A stretch of 64,000 nucleotides of DNA, taken from the IMG/VR virus record IMGVR_UViG_3300013936_000020; one strand, 5' to 3'. This document shows, in pieces, positions 9,266 to 17,493 of this stretch. This DNA is from an uncultured virus (IMG/VR IMGVR_UViG_3300013936_000020). Lineage: Duplodnaviria; Heunggongvirae; Uroviricota; Caudoviricetes. The position numbers and the translations under genes are program-made. The first letter of the stretch is position 1, and each line of letters begins with the position of its first letter. Under the pieces are notes generated by a model, which had not been told where the DNA came from, did not search any database, and saw only the letters and a list, made by a program, of their open reading frames with translations.

Positions 9266-9673
9266 CTAAACTAACTTTTCGTCATACACTCGAAATACAA
9301 TGCGCAAGGATCTATTCTGCACAACAAAACTGTAAACTATACCCGTCTCATCGTCAAGAATATTAACGTATTTGTCGTCGATGTTGTCAATGTAACAGTC
9401 CGTCAAAGCGTCTATTACCTTTCTTTTCCACGCATCAATGGTTTTTTTCTTACTCTGTAGGTACGGGGAAACAAAAAACACGTCTATGATATTGCTGCCG
9501 ATGCTCGCAAATGTAGGGTTGTTGTCTACAAATCCAATAGTTTCGTCGAACTTCTGTAGATAGACGATATTGAACAGATCGTCGAGCAAACTTTCTGAAC
9601 TTGGCGCATTTTTTCCGATAACAGCATCCTTCATCATTGCGAGTTTCTCAATGTCAATGTTTATTCTCTTCAT
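9266..9673 (-). CDS. Hypothetical protein, paralog of 8783-9199
   Basis: Same shared blocks as the neighbouring gene. Confidence 0.7.
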   Translation of the reverse strand: MKRINIDIEKLAMMKDAVIGKNAPSSESLLDDLFNIVYLQKFDETIGFVDNNPTFASIGSNIIDVFFVSPYLQSKKKTIDAWKRKVIDALTDCYIDNIDDKYVNILDDETGIVYSFVVQNRSLRIVFRVYDEKLV

Positions 9674-9734
9674 AATTCTTAATTTTTAATTGGTTGTACA
9701 TTGTACCCTCCAAACAAGGAGGGCTTTTGGCTGA

Positions 9735-9868
9735 CATGGCTCTCGGCTCGTGCCTCTCTTTAGACCTTCGATGTAGAGAGCTTTATCAGAAGGATCGGAG
9801 CCGGCTAACCTTGCCGGACGATGATCCTTCTTGAAGAAGCCCTTCTGAATTGATGCCGAGCGACCATG
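9735..9868 (-). ncRNA. Orphan RT-associated structured unit U0
   Basis: Closing stems CATGG/CCATG and CTCGGC/GCCGAG; inner hairpin AGAAGGATC/GATCCTTCT plus CCGGC/GCCGG; minus-strand motif ATCGA-AGGTC-TA-AAGAGAG-GCA. Confidence 0.75.
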
Positions 9869-9898
9869 CCAAAGGTGGCAAGCCTCACGAGTTTCCGA

Positions 9899-10960
9899 TT
9901 ACTTCTTCCACTCGTCAATCTTTCCCTGGATCGAGATGCCTGACTCGCTTATGAGTTCCTTCAAGATACCGAGCATTCTCCAGCCCTCGTTGTGGTCAAC
10001 GCAATCCTTCGCCAGAATGTCGAGATGCTTCAAGGACTGAGCCTGTGATGAGTATCTGCCTCCGATACGGAAACGGACACCGTGGAACATGATGAGGTTT
10101 CTCATCGTGAAGTAAGAACCAGAGCCCTTGTAGGCGTTGATGAAGTCGCTTGACTGCTTGGTGTTCCAAGAAAGATGCTTGCGCACCTTGTTGAATTTCT
10201 TCAATGTCTTGTAAAGCACATCGTAGGAAGGAGTGTTTCCCATCAAGTGAGCCATCTCTATGAGTGGGTAATAAACTTTATTCTGCAAATCAACGACAAA
10301 GATGTTCTTGTTATTGATGCGTACGTAAGGAAGTCCGTGGCAAGTGTGCTTGTAGTGCTCCTTGTCAATGCAACCTGTCTTCTTGTCCACGCGATAGATG
10401 AGTTCGTCCTCGACGTACTTCTTGAGCTTTTCAATGTAGTCCACTGCCATGAAGTATGCTGTCTCGCCATTGAACCACATGTTGCGCATGTTGGCGTTGT
10501 CGTAGTCTCCATGCTTTTGCATTTTCATCTGGGCATAGATTTCGTTCTCAAGCATTCTCCACTGATACTCGTAGCCACTACACTGCAATGTCTCGTTGAA
10601 AGACTCGCCTGACGTCTCCATGTATCTCAATATGTGGAACATCTGGCTCATCACCCAACGGCGGAACAGCTTCCAGTTGTTCACGTAACCGCCCTCCACG
10701 AGCTTCTTCTCCACAACGTCGTCCTCGTCTGGTGCAATCTGCACGAAATCAACAGGGACAGCCTTGCCGTCCTTGATTTCAACGACCTGCTCGTCTCCGA
10801 GCGTGAAGTACTTGCTCATGTCGTAGCCCAACGCTCTCAACGTGTCCATACGCTTCTCCGCCTTGGTCTTCTTCTGAGCGGGTGCCTCCTTTGCGGATGC
10901 CTCTACGTTCTTAACTACTACGTTCAAGTTCTCACCAGTGATTGTTGCAATCTGTTTCAT
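9899..10960 (-). CDS. Hypothetical protein (353 aa), candidate partner of the RT/ncRNA system
   Basis: Long clean ORF between the six-unit array and the orphan unit. Confidence 0.8.
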   Translation of the reverse strand: MKQIATITGENLNVVVKNVEASAKEAPAQKKTKAEKRMDTLRALGYDMSKYFTLGDEQVVEIKDGKAVPVDFVQIAPDEDDVVEKKLVEGGYVNNWKLFRRWVMSQMFHILRYMETSGESFNETLQCSGYEYQWRMLENEIYAQMKMQKHGDYDNANMRNMWFNGETAYFMAVDYIEKLKKYVEDELIYRVDKKTGCIDKEHYKHTCHGLPYVRINNKNIFVVDLQNKVYYPLIEMAHLMGNTPSYDVLYKTLKKFNKVRKHLSWNTKQSSDFINAYKGSGSYFTMRNLIMFHGVRFRIGGRYSSQAQSLKHLDILAKDCVDHNEGWRMLGILKELISESGISIQGKIDEWKK

Positions 10961-11017
10961 ATTCTTTAAAATTTTAAATGGTTGATAATTAATTTATTTA
11001 ACTCTTGTGGATGAGGC

Positions 11018-11461
11018 TTATGCCCCACCCTTGTTTGGCTCAATCCAGTCTCTGAGGATGATGAGGTCCTTGTCCTTATCAGACTGCCAGAACCACGTTC
11101 CCCACTCGTCGTGCCATGTAAGCTGTCCTTGATAAAGACAAAGCAGGACGTATAACTCTAATCTGCATCTTGCCACCTCTCGTCTATCGCCGTACATCAT
11201 GTCGCTATCAGATAGGTCCTTCTCGCGTAAGGCTTTAAAGTAGTATCTACGATGTGATTCAGAACGCTCTGATGGAATTGAGTGTTTGTATATCTTGTAC
11301 AGATGCTCGATTCTTTCCATCATCGGTTTGTTTCTGATAGGTGGGAAAAAGGTGTCAGACAAATCAATTACTTTTCCGTTAAGTCTCATTGTTCTCTTCT
11401 GGAAGTTGATGGTGAACTTCGCACCATCCTCTACCGCCTTGATAATCTCGTCGTATGTCAT
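11018..11461 (-). CDS. Hypothetical protein (147 aa), candidate partner of the RT/ncRNA system
   Basis: ORF with the conserved leader and a Trp-rich C-terminus. Confidence 0.75.
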   Translation of the reverse strand: MTYDEIIKAVEDGAKFTINFQKRTMRLNGKVIDLSDTFFPPIRNKPMMERIEHLYKIYKHSIPSERSESHRRYYFKALREKDLSDSDMMYGDRREVARCRLELYVLLCLYQGQLTWHDEWGTWFWQSDKDKDLIILRDWIEPNKGGA

Positions 11462-11492
11462 ATTCTTAATGATTTGGTTAATAGGGATAGTG

Positions 11493-11735
11493 CTACGGAA
11501 GCACTATCTTTTCGGTCTCGTTAAGGCAGTTGACAAGGGTCTTCTCATCAGTCCCAAGTGATGTGTAGAACTTGTCTCCGTTCGCCCACATCTGCATTAT
11601 CATATAGACTTCGTGAGCGTCTTCAATCGTCAACCTTCCGCATGGAACTGTCGCAAGCAAGTCACCCATTGACAAATCATCTTTGCCGTATAGTTTGGTG
11701 ATGGCTACAAGTTTCTTCTCAATTTCTTTCTTCAT
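11493..11735 (-). CDS. Hypothetical protein
   Basis: 80-aa ORF directly downstream of the array. Confidence 0.65.
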   Translation of the reverse strand: MKKEIEKKLVAITKLYGKDDLSMGDLLATVPCGRLTIEDAHEVYMIMQMWANGDKFYTSLGTDEKTLVNCLNETEKIVLP

Positions 11736-11760
11736 AATTCCTAAAATTTGGTTAATAGTT

Positions 11761-12743
11761 GTGCGCTCAAAGGATGCGTTGCGTATCTGTATGAGCTTGA
11801 TTTAAACTGTATGTAAGTCCTGATCCTCCTGGATACCATCCAGGATGATCAGGATGCCTTCAAACAGTTTCGTAAATGTTTCCTTCTTGCGCACGTTTTC
11901 GGCTCGCAATAGCTATAGTGTAACCTCAGTAGAGCGTTGCATGAGTGTATTCGCTCGATTAAGCCCCGTGCTTGCAGGATACGACGGATGTAACCACATC
12001 CGTCGTATCTAATTCAACACGTGGCACTAAATTCTCTATTCTTGGTTATGCGGGCTGCAATGCCCTTGGTTGTTTGTAGGTACGCTCATCGGCTCGTCGC
12101 TTGGCTTTATTTCACTGATGTTACCAGCTTGTTACGCGGCAGGATGGCATGATAAGGCTTTCCTGCCGCGTTATCTCAAAGCGGGCAAGTAAACCTCGCC
12201 TACTTGCGTACCCTTTTGGCTTGCGATAGCTCTTGGACCGACCGATGGCTCGGCACATTGCTTTAGATTTCTGATTAGCAACAGGAAGTCGCCAGACTTC
12301 AGACGCCTGAGGCGCATGCGTGATAGCGCGTAAACCTCGGCGTCTGAGTCTGGTTAGAGACCTGTAGCATAAACGATAGCCATCCTTCGGTTCTTGGTGG
12401 TGTGCGCCACCTGTGAAAGTCATACGGACTGGCACATAACGATAGTTTATTGATATACTACTGCCTTATGGTCATCATAAGGTTCCCTGGACTTCTCAAG
12501 GTATTACCTTGGTGTCCTGGCGACCCTTATGATGAATTAATGAGGCAGAAGATTAAACTCGTCCGTCCTTCTTCCACGTCCTTGTGCTCGGTCACGGAGA
12601 TTGTCGGCGTTGAGGCTTTGCGCATTCTTTTATGTCTTCGATAGAATCCTGGTCAGGAAGCACGGACGGACCATCTCTTGCGAAGAGATTGGTCCCCGTA
12701 CTCTACACGTCCGGATTGTTAAACCTCGCCTCCATACCGACAA
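11761..12743 (-). ncRNA. Array of six structurally conserved, sequence-divergent ncRNA-like units downstream of the RT
   Basis: U1 11761-11894, U2 ~11921-12048, U3 12079-12212, U4 12235-12393, U5 12413-12577, U6 12601-12743. Each has a closing stem, TTTA, a long hairpin and ATCRR-N5-TA-N7-GYR on the minus strand. No credible ORF covers the region. Confidence 0.85.
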
Positions 12744-12764
12744 ACCCTTGCGTCAGGAACTCTG

Positions 12765-14030
12765 TCAAAGGGTAGCGACCAACGTATTGTACGCAGCCTT
12801 GCGAGTTCTCATCGCATTCTGTGCGCAACCGATGGATAGATACCCCTTGATTTCGCTCTCCGTCTTCTCTCTGTTGGCTCTCACGTTCCTGCCACGCCCT
12901 CGGTCTATGCAACCTACGGCTTGCGTCTTCACGTATCCGAGTCCACCGATCTTCCTCTTGCCTGTCTTGACCGCACGGATGCAGTCCATGACAAATGTGT
13001 TGAGGGTGTTGATGTCCTCCTTGACGTTGATGACCGGCAGCACCTGTGTAGCCCACGAGAACTCTCCGCATCCCTTATAGAGATACCTGTTGACGGCGTT
13101 GATAGCTCTCGTCATCGTGGTGTCGCGATTCTTGATCGTCCTCTTCTCGATTTCCTTCTGAAAGGTTTTTATTCGAGTTGAGGACAATGAGATGTCGTGT
13201 CCCTTGATGGAGTAGCCCAGGAACTTGAACCAATGCTGTGCGTCAAGATACTCGACCTTCTTAGGGTTGAGCTTCATCTGCATCTTCATTAGCTCGTCCT
13301 GCATTATTCGCATCGCCTCCTCGTAGTCCTCGCCCACGAACAGCGTATCGTCAGAATAGCGTACATAGTAGCCTTTCAGGTTGGATAGCTGCTCGTCTAT
13401 ATGGTAGAGCACAACGTCGGCGAGCCAAGCCGCAACAGAGCATCCCTGCTTGAGGGACTGGTAGTTCTCGCAGAGATTTCCTTCCGTGTCGAAGTATATG
13501 TCCGTGTGGTAGTAGTCACGAATGACCGCAATCAACGCTGACTTTCCGTACTTCTCCTCCACTCTGTCGAACGCCTCGTCAATGTAATTGATGGGCACGC
13601 TGTCAAAGTACTTGGACAAGTCGGACTTCCAGCCAAGGATTGTTCCACGCGTGGAACATATCTTCCTCGACACCTCCTGCACCACACGACCGCAGCCGAT
13701 TCCCTTTTGGTACGACTTGCATCGTGGGTGTGTCATCTCCGGCATCAGCTCGAAAAGGAGGTCGTTGGCGATGCTCAACAGGATTCTGTCACAAGGCTCG
13801 TTCACATAGACCGTGCGGAAATCTCCGTTGTCCTTTGGAATCTTAGCTGTGTGAGGCGGCATTATCTTGTACCTGCCGTCACGAATCCTTCTGTACATCT
13901 CCAGTCTCGCATCAGGTGTGGTGAGCTGATACATAACTGCTTTGTTCATGTCCTTCACGAGACCCTTGTTGATGGCATACTGCCAACGCTCGGGCTCGAA
14001 GAACATTTGTAGGATCTTGTCTTCATTCAT
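12765..14030 (-). CDS. Reverse transcriptase, non-DGR, unclassified (UG/retron-like), ~421 aa
   Basis: Motifs KIPKDNGDFRTV, KSDLSKYFDSV, LKQGCSVAAWLADVVL, YVRYSDD and FKFLGY. Likely start is MNEDKIL at 14030; the ORF-track extension to 14171 overlaps the upstream gene. Confidence 0.95.
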   Translation of the reverse strand: MNEDKILQMFFEPERWQYAINKGLVKDMNKAVMYQLTTPDARLEMYRRIRDGRYKIMPPHTAKIPKDNGDFRTVYVNEPCDRILLSIANDLLFELMPEMTHPRCKSYQKGIGCGRVVQEVSRKICSTRGTILGWKSDLSKYFDSVPINYIDEAFDRVEEKYGKSALIAVIRDYYHTDIYFDTEGNLCENYQSLKQGCSVAAWLADVVLYHIDEQLSNLKGYYVRYSDDTLFVGEDYEEAMRIMQDELMKMQMKLNPKKVEYLDAQHWFKFLGYSIKGHDISLSSTRIKTFQKEIEKRTIKNRDTTMTRAINAVNRYLYKGCGEFSWATQVLPVINVKEDINTLNTFVMDCIRAVKTGKRKIGGLGYVKTQAVGCIDRGRGRNVRANREKTESEIKGYLSIGCAQNAMRTRKAAYNTLVATL

Positions 14031-14079
14031 AATTCTTATTGTATTTGGTTTGTTGAAGTACAGATATTGTCTGTACTTT

Positions 14080-14319
14080 TTAGCTATTAATGTAGTTAAA
14101 CCAAATTTTTTTGCTTTTGTTGGTCTTATACACGTTACCAGCCTTATCAAAGTATATCCTTCTTGTCCCATTCTCCTGGCGAATAGGATAGTTCCCGATA
14201 AATGTTGTGCAGACGTACTCTATAATGGCTGAACCACGCTCGTTATCTGTAGCTTGGTATCCTGTTTCAGGAATAATTCTAATCTGATAATCTTTGTTAC
14301 CTAATGTAATTGTCTTCAT
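14080..14319 (-). CDS. Hypothetical protein
   Basis: 79-aa AT-rich ORF with the conserved leader. Confidence 0.6.
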   Translation of the reverse strand: MKTITLGNKDYQIRIIPETGYQATDNERGSAIIEYVCTTFIGNYPIRQENGTRRIYFDKAGNVYKTNKSKKIWFNYINS

Positions 14320-14510
14320 AATTCTACTTTTTGGTTATTGTGCGCAGTCCTTAGCTGCGCTTTTTTTGGCTTTTCTTTTTTTGCCAGTTATTGAACCATT
14401 TTTGAAGACGTAAGTCAGCTTCGTGCTGCCTCTTGTAAAACTCATCTGAGCAAACCCATGCTACGAGCTTATCAGCTAACTCTGCTTGATTTTCCATATA
14501 GCTCACTTTT

Positions 14511-14804
14511 TTAATTTACTTTATCTGTGTGCTTGTGTTTTGCAAAATCCTCTCGTACTTTCTTGTAGATTTCGTCTGTCAGGAATAGGTTAAAATCAGA
14601 CTTGTCTCTAAACCAATGTTTTTCCTCATAATATGGAGGAATCTTTATTCCTATCATTTCAAGGAACGACAAGTCGGCATTGTTCTCGTGTTGTATGCCA
14701 ACCCATCCCAACTTGCCATTTATTACATACATCTCCCCGACTCCATTCAATCTAAAGTTGATGTGCCAGACAATAGCCTCTACGATTCTTTCTTTTTCTG
14801 TCAT
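14511..14804 (-). CDS. Hypothetical protein
   Basis: 97-aa ORF. Confidence 0.65.
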   Translation of the reverse strand: MTEKERIVEAIVWHINFRLNGVGEMYVINGKLGWVGIQHENNADLSFLEMIGIKIPPYYEEKHWFRDKSDFNLFLTDEIYKKVREDFAKHKHTDKVN

Positions 14805-14835
14805 ACTCTTAATATTTTGGTTATAGTAAGGGAGA

Positions 14836-15039
14836 TTACTCTCCCTTTGTTTTTGGCTTGTATGCCTCTTGCTTTAGGTCAACCACATCTCCTGCCATAT
14901 AGAAGCAGTCGGACTCTCTAAGGTCAAGACCTTCCTCTGAGTAGAGATATTTTTCAATATCTTCCTCGTCCCACTCGTCTGGGCATCCCCAGATAATGCG
15001 CACCTCGGAGGTGGCGTAGTTCATAATTGCTATTTGCAT
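14836..15039 (-). CDS. Small acidic hypothetical protein
   Basis: Start re-assigned to MQIAIM from the leader motif. Confidence 0.6.
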   Translation of the reverse strand: MQIAIMNYATSEVRIIWGCPDEWDEEDIEKYLYSEEGLDLRESDCFYMAGDVVDLKQEAYKPKTKGE

Positions 15040-15089
15040 ATTCTTTACTTTTTTGGTTAATAATGGGCGCAGGGATTGCTCCCTGCTTT

Positions 15090-15668
15090 TTAGGCTACCT
15101 CCTTGATGTAGTAGGCGAACTCGTCGCCCGTGTCCTTGACATTTTTCTCTTCGCACCATTCAAGGTATGACTCTACGTAGTCGGAAAGAACCTTTCTGTC
15201 TATGAACATCGGGTTGTTGTAGTCGGCGAGATAACAAGACCCTGCGCAGATTTTCCCACGCAGTTCTTTCAGTTGCTCTTCCGACAACTCGAAGATGTCG
15301 TGTGGAACGTCTATTTCATTCAGACATCTCATCTTATCCATCGTCCACTGCTCGTAGGAGGGGAACTCAGAGGTGTCAACGAACACGTAGTCGTATTCCC
15401 AGTCAACCTCGTCAGCATTCATGCTACCAAGGTTGAGCACGATATATTGCTCTCCAAACTCACCGTACTCGAACCTCTCGAAACGAGGATCCATGTCCCA
15501 CGCCTCTCCGTCAAACTCCGTGTTAGGAAATCTCTTCCTCAGATACTCCCATATACCGTCCATGTAGTTCCAGTATGGTCTTGCGATGAAATCACCGAAC
15601 ACCTTTGTGCGGATTCCGTTGACGATAACGTCAGGAGAACTCTTTAGCAATTCAAAATCTTTCTTCAT
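15090..15668 (-). CDS. Acidic hypothetical protein
   Basis: 192-aa ORF ending in GCCTAA. Confidence 0.75.
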   Translation of the reverse strand: MKKDFELLKSSPDVIVNGIRTKVFGDFIARPYWNYMDGIWEYLRKRFPNTEFDGEAWDMDPRFERFEYGEFGEQYIVLNLGSMNADEVDWEYDYVFVDTSEFPSYEQWTMDKMRCLNEIDVPHDIFELSEEQLKELRGKICAGSCYLADYNNPMFIDRKVLSDYVESYLEWCEEKNVKDTGDEFAYYIKEVA

Positions 15669-15721
15669 AATCTTATCTGTTTAATGGTTTGTTGCGATAG
15701 CCAGAAGGCTATCTTTTAGGC

Positions 15722-15904
15722 TCAATCTCTGAGATGATACTTCCATCTCAACGCTTTCGTCAGAGAGTTCACAACCTTGAAAGGAAGACTATAGAACCAC
15801 TGCCCCATGTTGTGGAGCTGAATGGCGTACTCCTTGTCGATTCTCTGGAAGCCACGCTCGCCGCTTGCGCTGACGGTGTAGCAGAAATACTTGTTATCTT
15901 TCAT
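15722..15904 (-). CDS. Hypothetical protein
   Basis: Start re-assigned to MKDNKY from the leader motif. Confidence 0.55.
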   Translation of the reverse strand: MKDNKYFCYTVSASGERGFQRIDKEYAIQLHNMGQWFYSLPFKVVNSLTKALRWKYHLRD

Positions 15905-15951
15905 AATTCTTGCTTGTTGGTTTGTTGTAGGTAGCCAATCGGCTACCATTC

Positions 15952-16290
15952 TTAGGCTCTGTACCATGCTTCCCATGCCGCATCCGTGTTCTTGGTGATT
16001 GCATTGTTCCATAATCTCTCCTGTTTGCGGAAAATCTTCTGAAAAGATTTCGAGGTTGTATTTACATCAACTCTCTTGCCAAGATAAGGTCTTCCGTGAC
16101 CTGGAGTAATCTCATCATACTCACAGGTACATCTTACCATTCCGCTATCTGTGGGCTTGCAACCTATGTAGCAGCCGTACACTCCAGGGTATTTCTTTCT
16201 CATCCACTTAGGGTAAGGGAAGTATATACTCCAAGCATCAATGTAGTCACGAAATTCCTTTCTCGTGTCGTGATAAAGTCTTGCTTTCAT
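15952..16290 (-). CDS. Hypothetical protein
   Basis: Start re-assigned to MKARLY; ends in GCCTAA. Confidence 0.65.
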   Translation of the reverse strand: MKARLYHDTRKEFRDYIDAWSIYFPYPKWMRKKYPGVYGCYIGCKPTDSGMVRCTCEYDEITPGHGRPYLGKRVDVNTTSKSFQKIFRKQERLWNNAITKNTDAAWEAWYRA

Positions 16291-16340
16291 AATTCTTTTG
16301 TTATTGGTGAATAGAAAGGGAGCGTGCAAGCTCCCTCTAA

Positions 16341-17159
16341 TTAGGCTACATCCTTTCTTTGGATGCCGTTCTCTTTTAAGGCTTCCTCGATTAGCTCGTC
16401 TGCGTCATCGTAGTAATAGCCCCAGCAGGATTCAACCTCCTCCCAGTCGTAGCCATCCTCTGGCTCACGACCGATTTCAGTGAAGGCCTTCTTGTAAGGC
16501 GCTTTCTTCTCCAAGACGAATCCTTTTACGTCGCCCCACATCCAAAGACCGATGTCCTTGACCTCGCCCTCGAATATCGCCAAGGCTCGCTTTCTCCAGT
16601 TCTTCGTGTTTGTGTCACAATACTTGGAGAAACGCTCCTTGTCGCAATAAGCGTAACCGCTAACGTAGTCTCCTTGACAATAGCCTGTCGTAGACCACTC
16701 ATAGAAAGCTAAGTCTCTGCAATCCTGTAGGAGATATACGAAATCGTCCTCTTCGAGCACATCGCAAAGTTCCTCTCTGTAGTCGAAGTTCTTCAAGTCG
16801 CTTGGAGCAAACTCTTCGTGCCAGTACCAATCCTTGTCGTAGTAATTCTCAAGATACCACATGCGGTCACTCTTATCGTAGCGCATACGGTAATTATCAA
16901 CGCTGTCGCTGTTGATGTAGTCGATAATCTTCTTCTGCGACACGTACTTGCAGACAAGCTCTTTCAATACTTCCTCGGCATTCTTCGCGTCGGTTCTGTT
17001 GCAACATCGAGAGATACCTCTGTTGTATCTGTACTCGATGCAGTCCCAGAAGTAAACTCCAAGCAAATCCCAATCCTGGCAAGGACAATCTGCGTCATCG
17101 TCCTGGTAGATGGAGATTCTGTAATCTCCAATCTCCTCTCGTTTGAATAGATAACTCAT
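16341..17159 (-). CDS. Acidic/aromatic hypothetical protein (272 aa)
   Basis: Long ORF with GYCQGDY and ESCWGYY segments; ends in GCCTAA. Confidence 0.8.
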   Translation of the reverse strand: MSYLFKREEIGDYRISIYQDDDADCPCQDWDLLGVYFWDCIEYRYNRGISRCCNRTDAKNAEEVLKELVCKYVSQKKIIDYINSDSVDNYRMRYDKSDRMWYLENYYDKDWYWHEEFAPSDLKNFDYREELCDVLEEDDFVYLLQDCRDLAFYEWSTTGYCQGDYVSGYAYCDKERFSKYCDTNTKNWRKRALAIFEGEVKDIGLWMWGDVKGFVLEKKAPYKKAFTEIGREPEDGYDWEEVESCWGYYYDDADELIEEALKENGIQRKDVA

Positions 17160-17214
17160 AATCTCGTAATTTTAAATGGTTGAACATAGGTCTCCACAAT
17201 TACGTGGAGATTTC

Positions 17215-17442
17215 TTAGGCTATATACGAGTCGAACACCTCCTTTGCCTCACGATACGTCTTGCGCTCGTGCTCTTCCATCTTTCCGCTACGCATGTCGT
17301 TAACGTAAACGCTGAATGTGTTGTCTGCCCAACGAACGATGTCGATTCTTGACTCACTATTTTCCTTTGTGTCCACAATCTCGCACTTCAACAAATCGTC
17401 GTTGAAGATTTCCTCCAAATCTTTCTTAGTATTCTCATTCAT
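17215..17442 (-). CDS. Hypothetical protein
   Basis: 75 aa, flanked by the modules. Confidence 0.65.
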   Translation of the reverse strand: MNENTKKDLEEIFNDDLLKCEIVDTKENSESRIDIVRWADNTFSVYVNDMRSGKMEEHERKTYREAKEVFDSYIA

Positions 17443-17493
17443 ATCTCATATTTTATTGGTTAATACTTGAACTCCCCATGCAAGGGGAGATTT

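Noticed and set aside
11761..12743. CRISPR array or group II intron RNA as the explanation for the RT-adjacent repeats
   Set aside because: There are no identical direct repeats or cas genes, and I found no domain V/VI-like 3' end after the RT. The region is instead six parallel self-contained units.
12121..13080. ORF-track ORFs 12121-12435, 12450-12644, 12601-13080 and 12703-13071
   Set aside because: They lack the conserved early leader, have atypical composition, and overlap the structured array or the RT in other frames.
12765..14030. First RT as a second DGR RT
   Set aside because: I found no nearby TR/VR pair with adenine-biased mismatches, and its QG motif region differs from the DGR-type RT at 60971.
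14031..14171. 47-aa N-terminal extension of the RT in the ORF track
   Set aside because: It overlaps the upstream 79-aa gene; the ATG at 14030 has the standard AACC...ATTATG leader.
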